From Candidatus Brocadiia bacterium (GTDB lineage Bacteria > Planctomycetota > Brocadiia > CAIUPP01), in assembly GCA_050015075.1 (NCBI GenBank), contig JBEKCB010000001.1, forward strand, positions 32,001 through 96,000: 64,000 nt of DNA, in the 5' to 3' direction. Both the position numbers and the translations under genes were made by a program. The notes below the pieces were generated by a model. It searched no databases and had not been told where the DNA came from. It saw nothing but the letters and a program-made list of their open reading frames with translations. The stretch's first letter is position 1, and every line of letters begins with the position of its first letter. Below are positions 1 through 11,805 of this stretch, one piece after another.

Positions 1-614
1 GCATGCTCGCCGCCCTCGATCCCGACGATCTGCGACCGGCCCGTCGGGTCGGTCATCTCCAATTGATACGCCGCCAGCCGCCGGCCGTCCGCGTCCACGA
101 CAACGTCCATCGCCCAGTACCGCGCCGCCGCCGCGGGCGCACGGGCTCCGCGGGCCGCGCCGCCCGGGAGCAGCGTCATGGCCACCGGCTGAACGGCGTA
201 CATCGCGATGGCGCGCACGTCCTCCTGGTCCACGCGGCCGTCGCCGTTGATGTCCCATTTCAGGCTCAGCCGCTCGCGGGCCTCGATCTTCCGCTCCAGC
301 GCCAGGGCATCGAGGATGTCCACCCGCCCGTCGCCGTTGACGTCCATGGTCACGGCCGAGGCCGCGGCCGGCGCAACGGCTTCCCGCCGCGCGATCGGCA
401 GGAGCACTGCCAGGCCCGCCGCCAGAACGACGGCCGCAGCGGCCGCCCATGCGGCGGCCGTCCCCGAGACGCGCTTCCGGCGCATGCGCGCGCGCGCCGC
501 GGCCAGAATCGCATCGTCCGCGCTCTGCGGGACCGTCAGGCGCGGCCTTCCAAGCGCCCGCAGGCCCGCGGCCAACCGGTCGTCCTTCGGCTGGATTTCC
601 CGCTCGTCGCTCAT
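1..614 (-). CDS. Membrane-anchored dockerin type I domain protein, putative anti-sigma factor (3' end runs off the window)
   Basis: Manual translation from the ATG at 614: MSDEREIQPKDDRLAAGLRALGRPRLTVPQSADDAILAAARARMRR, TM segment AAAWAAAAAVVLAAGLAVLL, then paired Ca-binding repeats DVNGDGRVDILDALAL and DINGDGRVDQEDVRAI. Directly downstream of an ECF sigma gene; absent from the ORF track because it is truncated. Confidence 0.8.
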   Translation of the reverse strand, partial: MSDEREIQPKDDRLAAGLRALGRPRLTVPQSADDAILAAARARMRRKRVSGTAAAWAAAAAVVLAAGLAVLLPIARREAVAPAAASAVTMDVNGDGRVDILDALALERKIEARERLSLKWDINGDGRVDQEDVRAIAMYAVQPVAMTLLPGGAARGARAPAAAARYWAMDVVVDADGRRLAAYQLEMTDPTGRSQIVGIEGGEH

Positions 615-697
615 TTCGTGTCTCCACAGGGTTAAGTGCGCGAAGGGGGCGAAAGGTTCATTGGAAACCGGCGAGGGGGCCCGTTGGAATGCTGCCG

Positions 698-1276
698 TCA
701 CTCGCCCGCGAAGAACCCCCTGGTTCTCGGGTCGTCGCGCAGCGTCTTCAGCGCGTTATGCAGCCGCGATTTCACCGTCCCGGCCGGGATCGCCAGCGCG
801 GCGGCGATTTCCTCGATCGCCATGTCGTCGGCGAACCGCATCAGCAGGACTTCGCGCTGCGCGTCCGGCAGCGTCGAGAAGACCGCCGCCAGCTCCTCAC
901 GGGCGCTGTCGGGAGGACCCTCGCGCGCCGGCAGGTCGAAGAGCCCCTGCTCGCCCGGCGCGTGCCGGTTGCGCTTGCGCCGCGCGGCGATCGAAAGGTT
1001 CTTGACCGCGGGATACAGGAAGGTCGTCAGCCGCGCCGTCAAGCGCAGCGCCGGGCGCTTTTCCAGCAGGTAGATGAACGTCTCCTGCAAGACGTCCAGC
1101 GCCAGGTCGTAATCCCCCGTGAACCGCAGCGCCAGGCCCGCCACCCAGTCGCGGTAGCGGCGGTAGAGCGCCTCGAACGCGGCCCCGTCGCCCGCGTTGA
1201 TCGCCGCGATCAACTCCTCGTCAGTGCGCGGATCGTCCCTCACCGCGTCCGCTCCGTCCTGGGGAAGGCGGGTCAA
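698..1276 (-). CDS. ECF-family RNA polymerase sigma factor
   Basis: DEELIAAINAGDGAAFEALYRRY, DVLQETF (region 2), LPDAQREVLLMR...IEEIAAALAIPAGTVKSRLH (region 4). Confidence 0.93.
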   Translation of the reverse strand: MTRLPQDGADAVRDDPRTDEELIAAINAGDGAAFEALYRRYRDWVAGLALRFTGDYDLALDVLQETFIYLLEKRPALRLTARLTTFLYPAVKNLSIAARRKRNRHAPGEQGLFDLPAREGPPDSAREELAAVFSTLPDAQREVLLMRFADDMAIEEIAAALAIPAGTVKSRLHNALKTLRDDPRTRGFFAGE

Positions 1277-1307
1277 GAGTGTTCAGCGCAAGTCGGTGGA
1301 AACGGCG

Positions 1308-1853
1308 TTATGGGACGAAAACCGCCGAGGCGACCGCGGTCGTCCACAGACCGTTCTTGTTCCCCTCGACCGACTGGCAGATGTGGGTGCTCCTGAAAAT
1401 CATGCCGCTGGCGCGATAGACCTTCTTGCGTTCGTCCCACGCCTGGTTCGGATCAATGAAGGGAATGCCCAGGGCGGAAGCCAGCATCGTCGCCGCGAGG
1501 TCCTCGGCGTAATCCCCGGCGACCTTCTCCGTCTGGCCGAAAGCGTGGTGCTCCGAAAGATAGCCGTACTGCTTCCGGTCCTTGGTCATGGCCAGGCCGA
1601 TCGAGGCGGAGATCAGGCGGTTGGGCTCGTCGGTTTCGTTGCGAGCCATCACGCAATAGACGATCTCTCCCGCTTGCAGATGCTGGAGGCCTTCGCTGCG
1701 CGGCACGATCTGGCACAGGGGCGGCAGGATGCTGGAGACGTACACCAGGTTGAACTGCTCGATGCCGGCGCTGCGCAGGGCCAGCTCGAACGACGAGAGC
1801 CTGTTCTTGTCCACGCCCACGCCTTTGGTCAGGAACATCATCTTCGGTACCAT
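1308..1853 (-). CDS. pdaD: Pyruvoyl-dependent arginine decarboxylase
   Basis: SFELALRSAGIEQFNLVYVSSILPP containing the Ser-Ser autocleavage site; YGYLSEHH; adjacent to agmatinase. Confidence 0.92.
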   Translation of the reverse strand: MVPKMMFLTKGVGVDKNRLSSFELALRSAGIEQFNLVYVSSILPPLCQIVPRSEGLQHLQAGEIVYCVMARNETDEPNRLISASIGLAMTKDRKQYGYLSEHHAFGQTEKVAGDYAEDLAATMLASALGIPFIDPNQAWDERKKVYRASGMIFRSTHICQSVEGNKNGLWTTAVASAVFVP

Positions 1854-1868
1854 GGATTCTCCCTGTTT

Positions 1869-2747
1869 TCAACGAGTCTCGCGGAGCGCCAGCATCGTGT
1901 AGCAAAGCTGCGCCGCGCCGTATTCGGTCAGCACGTCGTAGGGCCGCGGCGCGACTTCGACCACGTCGGCGCCGATCACGTTCTTGCGCCGGAAAAGCTC
2001 CCGGAGCAGCTCCAGCGCGTAGTACCACTCCAGGCCGCCCTGAACCGGCGTCCCCGTGGCCGGCATGCACGCCGGGTCGAGGCCGTCAACGTCCACGGAC
2101 AGGTAAACCCGCTCCGTCGCGATCGCCTCGACGATGGCGCTCGGCTCCGGGACCGGTCCTTTGCCCCACTCGAATACCGCAAGCTTGTTCCGGCGGGCGA
2201 AGTCCATCTCCTCTTTGGCATAGGCCCGAACGCCCACGTGGACGCACTTGAAGCCGAGCTCATGCGCTCGTCTCATCACCGTGCAGTGCGCGTAGATGCC
2301 GTGCGGGGCGTCGCTGTAATCCGAATCGTCGTGCCGCAAGTCGAAATGCGCGTCAATCTGGCAGACGGTGATTTCCCGCGCGTCGTGCCGCGAAGCCAAC
2401 GCCTGAAACGCGCCGGTCGAGACGGAGTGCTCGCCGCCGAGCATCAGGACGAACGCCCCATGATCCATGTGCTTCTCGTACTCCCGCCTCACGCGGGCGA
2501 CCATCGCGGCCGGCGAACAGCGGTTGAGGTTGGCCAGTTCGCGCAGGGCGACTTTGCGCGACGGCGACGGCATGGACTCCGCCACTCGATCGTACGTCTC
2601 CATCTGGTATTTGAGGCTCTCGACAATGGCCGCCGGGCCTTTGACGGTGCCCTTGCGATACGAGGCGGTGCGGTCGTAAGGGGCGCACAGCAGCACGATG
2701 TTCGCCGCGGACGGATCGCTGCAGTTGATCTTCAACCCCGTCGGCAT
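1869..2747 (-). CDS. speB: Agmatinase (ureohydrolase family)
   Basis: GGEHS, DAHFD and SVDVDGLDPACMPATGTP motifs; start placed at ATG 2747 after a GGAGGAG RBS. Confidence 0.93.
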   Translation of the reverse strand: MPTGLKINCSDPSAANIVLLCAPYDRTASYRKGTVKGPAAIVESLKYQMETYDRVAESMPSPSRKVALRELANLNRCSPAAMVARVRREYEKHMDHGAFVLMLGGEHSVSTGAFQALASRHDAREITVCQIDAHFDLRHDDSDYSDAPHGIYAHCTVMRRAHELGFKCVHVGVRAYAKEEMDFARRNKLAVFEWGKGPVPEPSAIVEAIATERVYLSVDVDGLDPACMPATGTPVQGGLEWYYALELLRELFRRKNVIGADVVEVAPRPYDVLTEYGAAQLCYTMLALRETR

Positions 2748-2832
2748 CGGTCTCCTCCAACGTCGCGCCACCCATTCGCGCCGCTTCAAGGACTTTACCA
2801 CGAGGTGCTGAGGACCGCAAGAAAGCCCGCTC

Positions 2833-2881
2833 GTCGTGTGCCCGTGAGGGCATACGCCGTAGCGCCTCACGGCGCCACTAC
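2833..2881. repeat. 49-bp GTAG-type REP doublet, copy 1
   Basis: GTCGTGTGCCCGTGAGGGCATAC...GTAGCGCCTCACGGCGCCACTAC; matches copies at 11747, 17839, 21565 and 38754. Confidence 0.8.
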
Positions 2882-4432
2882 AAGCCGCCGATGCGCCAGC
2901 GGGCCGTCCATCGGCACCGGGATGAATCGGTAGGGCTTGCCGTCGGTCGAGAAGTAGCTCCGGTCCGGCAGCAACCCGTAGCTCGTCCCGAAGCAGCCGT
3001 CGAGCACCACGCGGAAGAAGTTGACGTTCGTGATCGTGGGATAGAGCCGCCGCTCGCCGCCATTGGGGAGATAGAAGGCGGCGAGGTCGGCCATGCGCTC
3101 CTGCACGTTGGAGTTCTCCGCGGACGACCAGTCCACCTCGAATTCCGTCCCGTGGTCCGAGCACACGATGATCGCCGGCGGCTCCCGCGATTCGGCGATG
3201 ATCGCGGCCACCGTCTCCTCGACCCGTTTCGAAAGGTACGCCACCTGGCCCGCGTAGAGGCGCTTCGACTCCGGGCTCCGCAGCCAGGCCTGGCGCTCGG
3301 AGAGCGGCGGATCGGAGTAGATTTCCTCGCCGTTCGCGCCCCAGACGATCGGCGTGTGCGGACAGAGCAGATGGGCATACACGAAGAACGGCGACGGGCC
3401 GGTGCGCGGCAGCGTCCGCAGCGAATCCAGCGTGAACAGCAGGTGCCTGCGGTGCAGTTCCGCGGCCGAGTAACCCAGCCCGAGCCACTGTACGATCGGC
3501 TCGATCGGCGTCATCGCGAGGACGGTCTTGTTGAACTCCGAAAGGCTCGCGCCGGACTCCAGCCGCAGGTCCACGTCCTCCGGCCGGCCCGCGCCGTATT
3601 CGGGGGGCAGGTACACGGTCCGGTAGCCGTGCTCGTGCATGAAGTCGAACACGGCGTTATGGGCGATGGCCCTGGCCGGCACGCCGAGGTCCGGGCAATC
3701 CTCCTTCACCGGGCCGAGGAGCTTGTCGTCGAGGTAGGCCATGTTCAGCATCGAGGCGATCGTCATCACCGTGCGCGGGTAGTTCGACGCGCTGCGGTCC
3801 GCCACGTAGAAGCCGAGCTTCCGAAGCCCGTCCAGAAACGGCCGGTTGTCGCCGCCGCAGATCAGCTTGAGCGAGTCCGAGCGCGGATACTGGTCGAGGA
3901 GGATGAAGTAGATGTCGGGATGATCGCCCGGCCCGGCGAGCGCGCGGGGCGCCGGCGGCTTCAGCTTGCCGGCCTTCGGCAGGCTTTGCCGCCGGGCCGA
4001 TTGGGCGCAGAGCAGCGCCAGGCACGACACGACGAGGAACAGGCCGAAAGCGTTGAGGATGCGCGTGAGGTTGAAGAGTTCGCGCGCCCGCCGCAGCGCG
4101 ATCCCGGCGCACGCCAGCGTCGCCAGGAAGAACGTCCCGATCACCCAGAACTGCGCCGGATGGAAATGCCCGATCCGCGCGCCCTTCAGCCCCAGGTGGA
4201 TGTTTCCCCATGAGAAGAAGAGCCACAGGAAGAGCGAGGCCATCACCGCCGCTTTGGGCAGGCTTCTCAGGAGGATCCGCGCCGCCGCCACGGCCAGGCA
4301 GGCCAGCGCCAGCGCGCACGCCAGGGCGGACAGCGTGTCGGCGAAGCGCACCTCCGACAGGTTCCACGCGAAGAGCTGCAAGACCGGATACACCGCGAAG
4401 AGCAACGGGTGGAAGGGAAAGCGCCTCTTCAC
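2867..4432 (-). CDS. Membrane-anchored sulfatase/LTA-synthase-like (alkaline phosphatase superfamily) protein
   Basis: N-terminal TM helices, PDIYFILLDQY, SNYPRT, HLLCPHTP, SDHG; GTG start overlaps the upstream stop codon. Confidence 0.8.
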   Translation of the reverse strand: MKRRFPFHPLLFAVYPVLQLFAWNLSEVRFADTLSALACALALACLAVAAARILLRSLPKAAVMASLFLWLFFSWGNIHLGLKGARIGHFHPAQFWVIGTFFLATLACAGIALRRARELFNLTRILNAFGLFLVVSCLALLCAQSARRQSLPKAGKLKPPAPRALAGPGDHPDIYFILLDQYPRSDSLKLICGGDNRPFLDGLRKLGFYVADRSASNYPRTVMTIASMLNMAYLDDKLLGPVKEDCPDLGVPARAIAHNAVFDFMHEHGYRTVYLPPEYGAGRPEDVDLRLESGASLSEFNKTVLAMTPIEPIVQWLGLGYSAAELHRRHLLFTLDSLRTLPRTGPSPFFVYAHLLCPHTPIVWGANGEEIYSDPPLSERQAWLRSPESKRLYAGQVAYLSKRVEETVAAIIAESREPPAIIVCSDHGTEFEVDWSSAENSNVQERMADLAAFYLPNGGERRLYPTITNVNFFRVVLDGCFGTSYGLLPDRSYFSTDGKPYRFIPVPMDGPLAHRRLVVAP

Positions 4433-5799
4433 TTCTCGCTCCCCTTCTGCATCAGGTAGAGAGTCCTCCGCGAGCCGGCGATCGGCCGGACATCGAGGAT
4501 GCGGAAGTGCGCACGGAACTGCGCTTCGAATCCCGGCTGCGTGTAGTCGCCGAAGATGTCCTTCCGCGTCGCGAGCAGCGTCTGCGCCTGCGAGTCCTCT
4601 TTCGGGACGAACTCGACGATCAGCGAGCGGCACGTATCGCTCAGCCACGCGGCGATGTTCCCGAGCGGCACGTTGTTGGCGATGGCCAGGTGATGGACCA
4701 GCGCCAGCGCCAGGGCCGCGTCGGCGGGCCCGCGCTCGGAGAGCGACTGCCGCTCGCGGTTCGCCCAGCCGCAGGCGGCGCTGGGGTTCATCAGGTCCAT
4801 CACCAGCGGCAGCAGGCGCTCGTCGCGCCGCGCGACGGCGTCGAGGTAGTTCCTCTCGACGGAGACCGGGTCCGCGTCGAGCGACACGGTGAAGGCGCCC
4901 TTTTCGCCGGCGATGCGGCTGAACATCCCGGTGGCGCCGCCGAGGTCCCAGACGCTCGAAGGCTTCACGCGGTCGAGGAACTCCGCCACGATCGCGCGCT
5001 TCTGCGCGAGCGCCTCGGCGCTGTAATTCGTGTGCTCGTAGTAGCCCGACCACGCCGTCTCCTTCGGCCGCCAGTTCAGCCGGGCGACCGCGGCTTGCAG
5101 GTTGTCCACCAGGCCGAGCATCGCCCGCCGGCTCATCGGGCGGAGGCGCACGTCTCTCCGGCGCGCGTAGCCCTTCTGCAGGGCGGCATGCGCGACGACG
5201 TGCGCGAGCACGGCCGGCCGCAGCCGCGCGCGCAGCGGCAGCAGCCGGCTCGCCAGGTCGAGCGGCACGCCGTCGAGGTGAATGCGGGTCAGTTGGCCCA
5301 GGTCGGCGTGGCGATATCGGACCAGCAGCAGCGGCGCCAGGAAGTGCTGGCAGAACTGGCGATACGCCGGCCACGGCCGGCCCTCGGCGTACTCCTCGAA
5401 GGAGGACGTATCCATCAGCGCCGGGCGTCCGCGCCGGAACTGCATATTGAAGGCGGTCGCGTCGCGCAGCGACATGCCGTGCTCCAGCGCCGTCTTCTGC
5501 ACCCTGAGCAGCGCCAGCGCCTGGTGCTTCAACTGGCTGAAGCACCACTCGTACGGATAGGAGATGAACCGGAGCCGCTCGGGCTTGAGCACCTTGTAGC
5601 AGGTCTCGGGGCGCTCGGGCGCGACGGAGACTTCCTCGTGCGGCACCAGCAGTTCGGCGCGGACCAGCGCCTCGTACAGGCCTGAACTCATCAGGCGGTC
5701 GTAATGCGGCTGGTACGCGCGGTCAATCTGGCGATAAAGCTCCCCGTCGCGCGTGAAGACCCAGCCGTCCGGGTCGCGAAATGAAGCGGGCAGTCGCAA
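4429..5799 (-). CDS. NoeA-like protein with C-terminal class I SAM-dependent methyltransferase domain
   Basis: SFRDPDG, FISYPYEWCFSQLK, LRDATAFN, VWDLGGATG, LALALVHHLAI; TTG start after GGAGA. Confidence 0.82.
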   Translation of the reverse strand: MRLPASFRDPDGWVFTRDGELYRQIDRAYQPHYDRLMSSGLYEALVRAELLVPHEEVSVAPERPETCYKVLKPERLRFISYPYEWCFSQLKHQALALLRVQKTALEHGMSLRDATAFNMQFRRGRPALMDTSSFEEYAEGRPWPAYRQFCQHFLAPLLLVRYRHADLGQLTRIHLDGVPLDLASRLLPLRARLRPAVLAHVVAHAALQKGYARRRDVRLRPMSRRAMLGLVDNLQAAVARLNWRPKETAWSGYYEHTNYSAEALAQKRAIVAEFLDRVKPSSVWDLGGATGMFSRIAGEKGAFTVSLDADPVSVERNYLDAVARRDERLLPLVMDLMNPSAACGWANRERQSLSERGPADAALALALVHHLAIANNVPLGNIAAWLSDTCRSLIVEFVPKEDSQAQTLLATRKDIFGDYTQPGFEAQFRAHFRILDVRPIAGSRRTLYLMQKGSEK

Positions 5800-5860
5800 G
5801 TGGCTTCTCCAACTTACCGCCGGGGCGTCGCCGGCCCAGCCTGCGCCCGCGGCGCTCCTA

Positions 5861-5889
5861 ACAGTAGGCAGTTGCCCGGAGCGTGTCAA
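5861..5889 (-). promoter_or_regulatory. Sigma70-type promoter for the NoeA-like/sulfatase operon
   Basis: Minus strand TTGACA-N17-TACTGT. Confidence 0.5.
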
Positions 5890-6007
5890 GCGCGCCGCCG
5901 CGACTTGTTTCACTCCGCGCCCGGTGGTATCTTAGAGTATGGCGCACATGCCGGGGGCAAATGGCATTTCGCCGGGCGCCGGCGCACAGGGAGTGGGAAA
6001 AAGCCCG

Positions 6008-7936
6008 ATGCGAGCGGTGAAGGTCATCCTCTGGACGGCGATCGCCCTCTGCGGCGCGTTTGCGTTCGCGGTGATCACGCGGCTGGTCCATCCGAACGAG
6101 CCGGTCAACGCCCTGTGGCTGGTGGTCGCCGCGGCGTGCACGTATATCCTGGCCTACCGTTTCTACGGCGCGTTCCTCGCCGCCAAGGTCTTCGCGCTGG
6201 ACGACCGCAGGCCGACGCCGGCGATCACGCGCGCGGACGGGCGCGATTTCGACGCCACGAACAAGTGGGTGCTGTTCGGCCACCATTTCGCGGCGATCGC
6301 CGGGGCCGGCCCGCTCATCGGCCCGGTGCTCGCGGCGCAGTTCGGCTACCTGCCCGGTGCGCTCTGGATCCTGATCGGCGCCGTGTTCGCCGGGGCAGTG
6401 CAGGACTTCGTGGTGCTAGTGGCCTCGGTGCGGCGCGGCGGTTGCTCGCTGGCGGAGATCGCCAAGAAGGAAGTCGGGCCGGTGGCGGGCGTCTCCGCCT
6501 CCATCGCCGTCCTGTTCATCATCACCGCCGCGCTCGCGGGGCTGGGCATGGCCGTCGTGAACGCGCTGGCGCACAGCCCGTGGGGCACGTTCACCATCGC
6601 CTGCACGATCCCGATCGCGCTGTTCATGGGCTTGTATCTTTACAAGATCCGCCGCGGCAGAGTGGCGGAGATGACCGTGATCGGCGTGGCGCTGCTGCTC
6701 GGCGCGGTGGTGATGGGGCGCGTGGTCGCCGGCTCGTCCCTGGCGGGGGTTTTCACGCTCACGCGCAACCAGTTGGTCGCCGCGATGGCGATCTACGGCT
6801 TCGTCGCCTCCGTCCTGCCGGTGTGGCTGCTGCTCTGCCCGCGCGATTACCTGAGCACGTACATGAAACTGAGCACCATCCTGCTGCTGGCGGTCGGCAT
6901 CATCCTCCTGGCGCCGAACCTGAAAATGCCGGCGGTGACGCGCTTCGCGCACGGCGACGGGCCGGTGATCCCCGGCGCGCTCTTCCCGTTCCTGTTCATC
7001 ACCATCGCCTGCGGCGCGGTCAGCGGGTTCCACGCGCTCGTCGCCTCCGGCACGACGCCGAAGATGATCAGCCGCGAGTCGGAGATGCGCGCGATCGGCT
7101 TCGGAGCCATGCTGCTCGAGGGCTTCGTCTCGATCATGGCGCTGGTGGCCGCGGGCATTCTGATCCCGGGCGACTACTTCGCGATCAACTCGATGCTCGG
7201 CGCCGACCAGTTGACGGCGCTCGGATTCGCGCCGGAGCGCATCCGGGAACTCTCGCAGATGGTCGGCACGAACGTGGCGAACCGCCCCGGCGGCGCCGTC
7301 TCGCTCGCAGTCGGCATGGCCTCGGTGTTCTCGACGCTGCCGGGCATGAAGCACCTGATGGCCTACTGGTACAACTTCGCGCTGATGTTCGAGGCGCTCT
7401 TTATCCTGACGACCGTGGACGCCGGCACGCGCGTGGCGCGGTTCCTGCTCCAGGAGATGGGCGGCTATGCGTACAAGCCGCTCGGGCGGCATGCGTGGCT
7501 GCCGGGGACGCTGCTGACGAGCTTCCTGGTCGTCGCGGCCTGGAGCGCGCTGATCTATTCGGGCAGCATCTCCACCATCTGGCCCATGTTCGGCGTCGCC
7601 AACCAGTTGCTCGCCGCGGTGGCGCTGACGGTCGGGACCACGGTCCTGATCAAGCTCGGCAAGGCGCGTTACACGCCGATCACGCTCGCGCCGATGCTCT
7701 TCATGTTCACGACCACGCTGACCGCATCCTACCAGCTCATCGGGCGGTTCTGGCGGCAAGCCAAACTGGAACCCGGCAGCGCGCTGACCTACCGGCTCGA
7801 CGCCATCCTCGTCGGCGCGATGGCCTGCCTGGCCGTCGTCGTCCTCATAGACTCGCTCGTCAAGTGGCTCACGTTCCGGCCGGCCGGAACCGCCGATCTC
7901 GCACCGGCCGCCACCGAGACCGAAGCCGCCTCCTGA
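6008..7936 (+). CDS. cstA: Carbon starvation protein A family transporter (peptide/pyruvate)
   Basis: DGRDF..TNKWVLFGHHFAAIAGAGPLIGPVLA, ITIACGAVSGFH, IWPMFGVANQLL; an upstream in-frame ATG at 5939 is also possible. Confidence 0.95.
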   Translation: MRAVKVILWTAIALCGAFAFAVITRLVHPNEPVNALWLVVAAACTYILAYRFYGAFLAAKVFALDDRRPTPAITRADGRDFDATNKWVLFGHHFAAIAGAGPLIGPVLAAQFGYLPGALWILIGAVFAGAVQDFVVLVASVRRGGCSLAEIAKKEVGPVAGVSASIAVLFIITAALAGLGMAVVNALAHSPWGTFTIACTIPIALFMGLYLYKIRRGRVAEMTVIGVALLLGAVVMGRVVAGSSLAGVFTLTRNQLVAAMAIYGFVASVLPVWLLLCPRDYLSTYMKLSTILLLAVGIILLAPNLKMPAVTRFAHGDGPVIPGALFPFLFITIACGAVSGFHALVASGTTPKMISRESEMRAIGFGAMLLEGFVSIMALVAAGILIPGDYFAINSMLGADQLTALGFAPERIRELSQMVGTNVANRPGGAVSLAVGMASVFSTLPGMKHLMAYWYNFALMFEALFILTTVDAGTRVARFLLQEMGGYAYKPLGRHAWLPGTLLTSFLVVAAWSALIYSGSISTIWPMFGVANQLLAAVALTVGTTVLIKLGKARYTPITLAPMLFMFTTTLTASYQLIGRFWRQAKLEPGSALTYRLDAILVGAMACLAVVVLIDSLVKWLTFRPAGTADLAPAATETEAAS

Positions 7937-8071
7937 CCGCTCCGGCGCGGGCGATTCCCGCCGCCCGGAAACCCGCCGCATTTTCCTTGAATCGCGCGAA
8001 GTCGCGAGCTATTATGATGTTAGGAGGGCGCATGGGCATAACATCGGGGTTTCAGCGAAAGGGGTTGCACC

Positions 8072-8836
8072 ATGAAAAACCATCTCTACCTGACATGCTC
8101 CCATTCTGAAGCGCTGATCGCCTCGCAGTTGGAGCCGGCGGATTTCGGCACGTACATGGCGGTCGGCACGGAGAAACTGACGCTGGGGCAGTTGACGTTC
8201 TTCGAGATCAATCCCGACCTGAAGAGCGACTACTTCGACCTCGCCCGCGCCCGGAAGGAGTGCGTGCCGCACCCGGACGGCCGGCCGAAGGCCAGCCTCT
8301 ACATCTCCATTTACCGGGCGATGGAACACGTCGGCCTGGCGGATTACGGGACGCTCTATCTCGTCACCCGGCAAGGCCGCGTCCTGGGAATTGCGCCTCA
8401 GGCATATTCTGCGGCGAGTGACACGTCGGAGACGCACCTGTACCAGGAACTCTGCCCCGTCTGCCCGCTGATCGTCTCTTCGCTGCCGCCGAGCGTTTTC
8501 TGCCGGTTCATCACCGACCCGCAGAACGCCGTCCACGTGCCGCGCATCTTCTTCGCCGACCTGCGCGTGGACCGCGACTCGGCCGGGCGCCTGGCCGGCA
8601 CGCTGCCCTACGCCCATCCGAAGCATATCGAATCGTGCATCGAGGAACTCGAATCGGGCAAGGGCAAAAAGACCAAGACCGTGGACCGCGAGCACTCGAT
8701 GAATCTCTTCTACCGCACCGTCCGCCGCGGGTTCTACCTGGGCGACCAGACCGGCGCGAAGTACTATCCGTTCCCGACGCCGGACGAACTCGACGACACG
8801 CACCACGTGTGGTGGAAGTCGGCTTCAATGGGATAA
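8072..8836 (+). CDS. Hypothetical protein with two similar halves
   Basis: Good codon bias and RBS; HLYLTC..EALIASQLEPADF resembles HLYQELCPVCPLIVSSLPPSVF. Confidence 0.8.
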   Translation: MKNHLYLTCSHSEALIASQLEPADFGTYMAVGTEKLTLGQLTFFEINPDLKSDYFDLARARKECVPHPDGRPKASLYISIYRAMEHVGLADYGTLYLVTRQGRVLGIAPQAYSAASDTSETHLYQELCPVCPLIVSSLPPSVFCRFITDPQNAVHVPRIFFADLRVDRDSAGRLAGTLPYAHPKHIESCIEELESGKGKKTKTVDREHSMNLFYRTVRRGFYLGDQTGAKYYPFPTPDELDDTHHVWWKSASMG

Positions 8837-8900
8837 AACAAGGGCGGAAGGACGAATGCGCATTCGTCCTGCCGCCCTCAACGTTCGATTCGCGTTCAGC

Positions 8901-11486
<2,586 letters not shown>

Positions 11487-11600
11487 TTCAGTCCTTTCTT
11501 CTATCTGACCGGTGGTTCCGGAGGAAAACGGGAAGCAAAAACGGGGGTACTATAACGCACCGGCCCGGCCGAATGCAACCCTACTGCCGTCCGCGCAACC

Positions 11601-11740
11601 CATCGTCCTCGACCTACCGTAACCAATCGTCCTCGTCGTCGTCCTCGTCCTAGCGCAACCAATCGTCCTCGTCCTCGTCGTCGTCCTCGCCCTCGAACGT
11701 CCGTAACGAACGGCCGAGGACGAGGACGAGGACGAGCACG
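11601..11740. repeat. Low-complexity (GTCCTC)n / (GAGGAC)n inverted tandem repeat
   Basis: CGTCCTCGTCGTCGTCCTCGTCC arrays followed by GAGGACGAGGACGAGGACGAG. Confidence 0.7.
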
Positions 11741-11746
11741 GCGCTC

Positions 11747-11795
11747 GCAGTGTGCCCGTCAGGGCATACGAAGTAGCGCCTGACGGCGCCACTAC
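11747..11795. repeat. 49-bp GTAG-type REP doublet, copy 2
   Basis: GCAGTGTGCCCGTCAGGGCATAC-GAA-GTAGCGCCTGACGGCGCCACTAC. Confidence 0.85.
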
Positions 11796-11805
11796 GAGCG
11801 CGGCC

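Noticed and set aside
2867-5548. 893-aa ORF as a single protein
   Set aside because: The first ~370 codons are an alternative frame over the NoeA-like gene; the real gene starts at GTG 4432.
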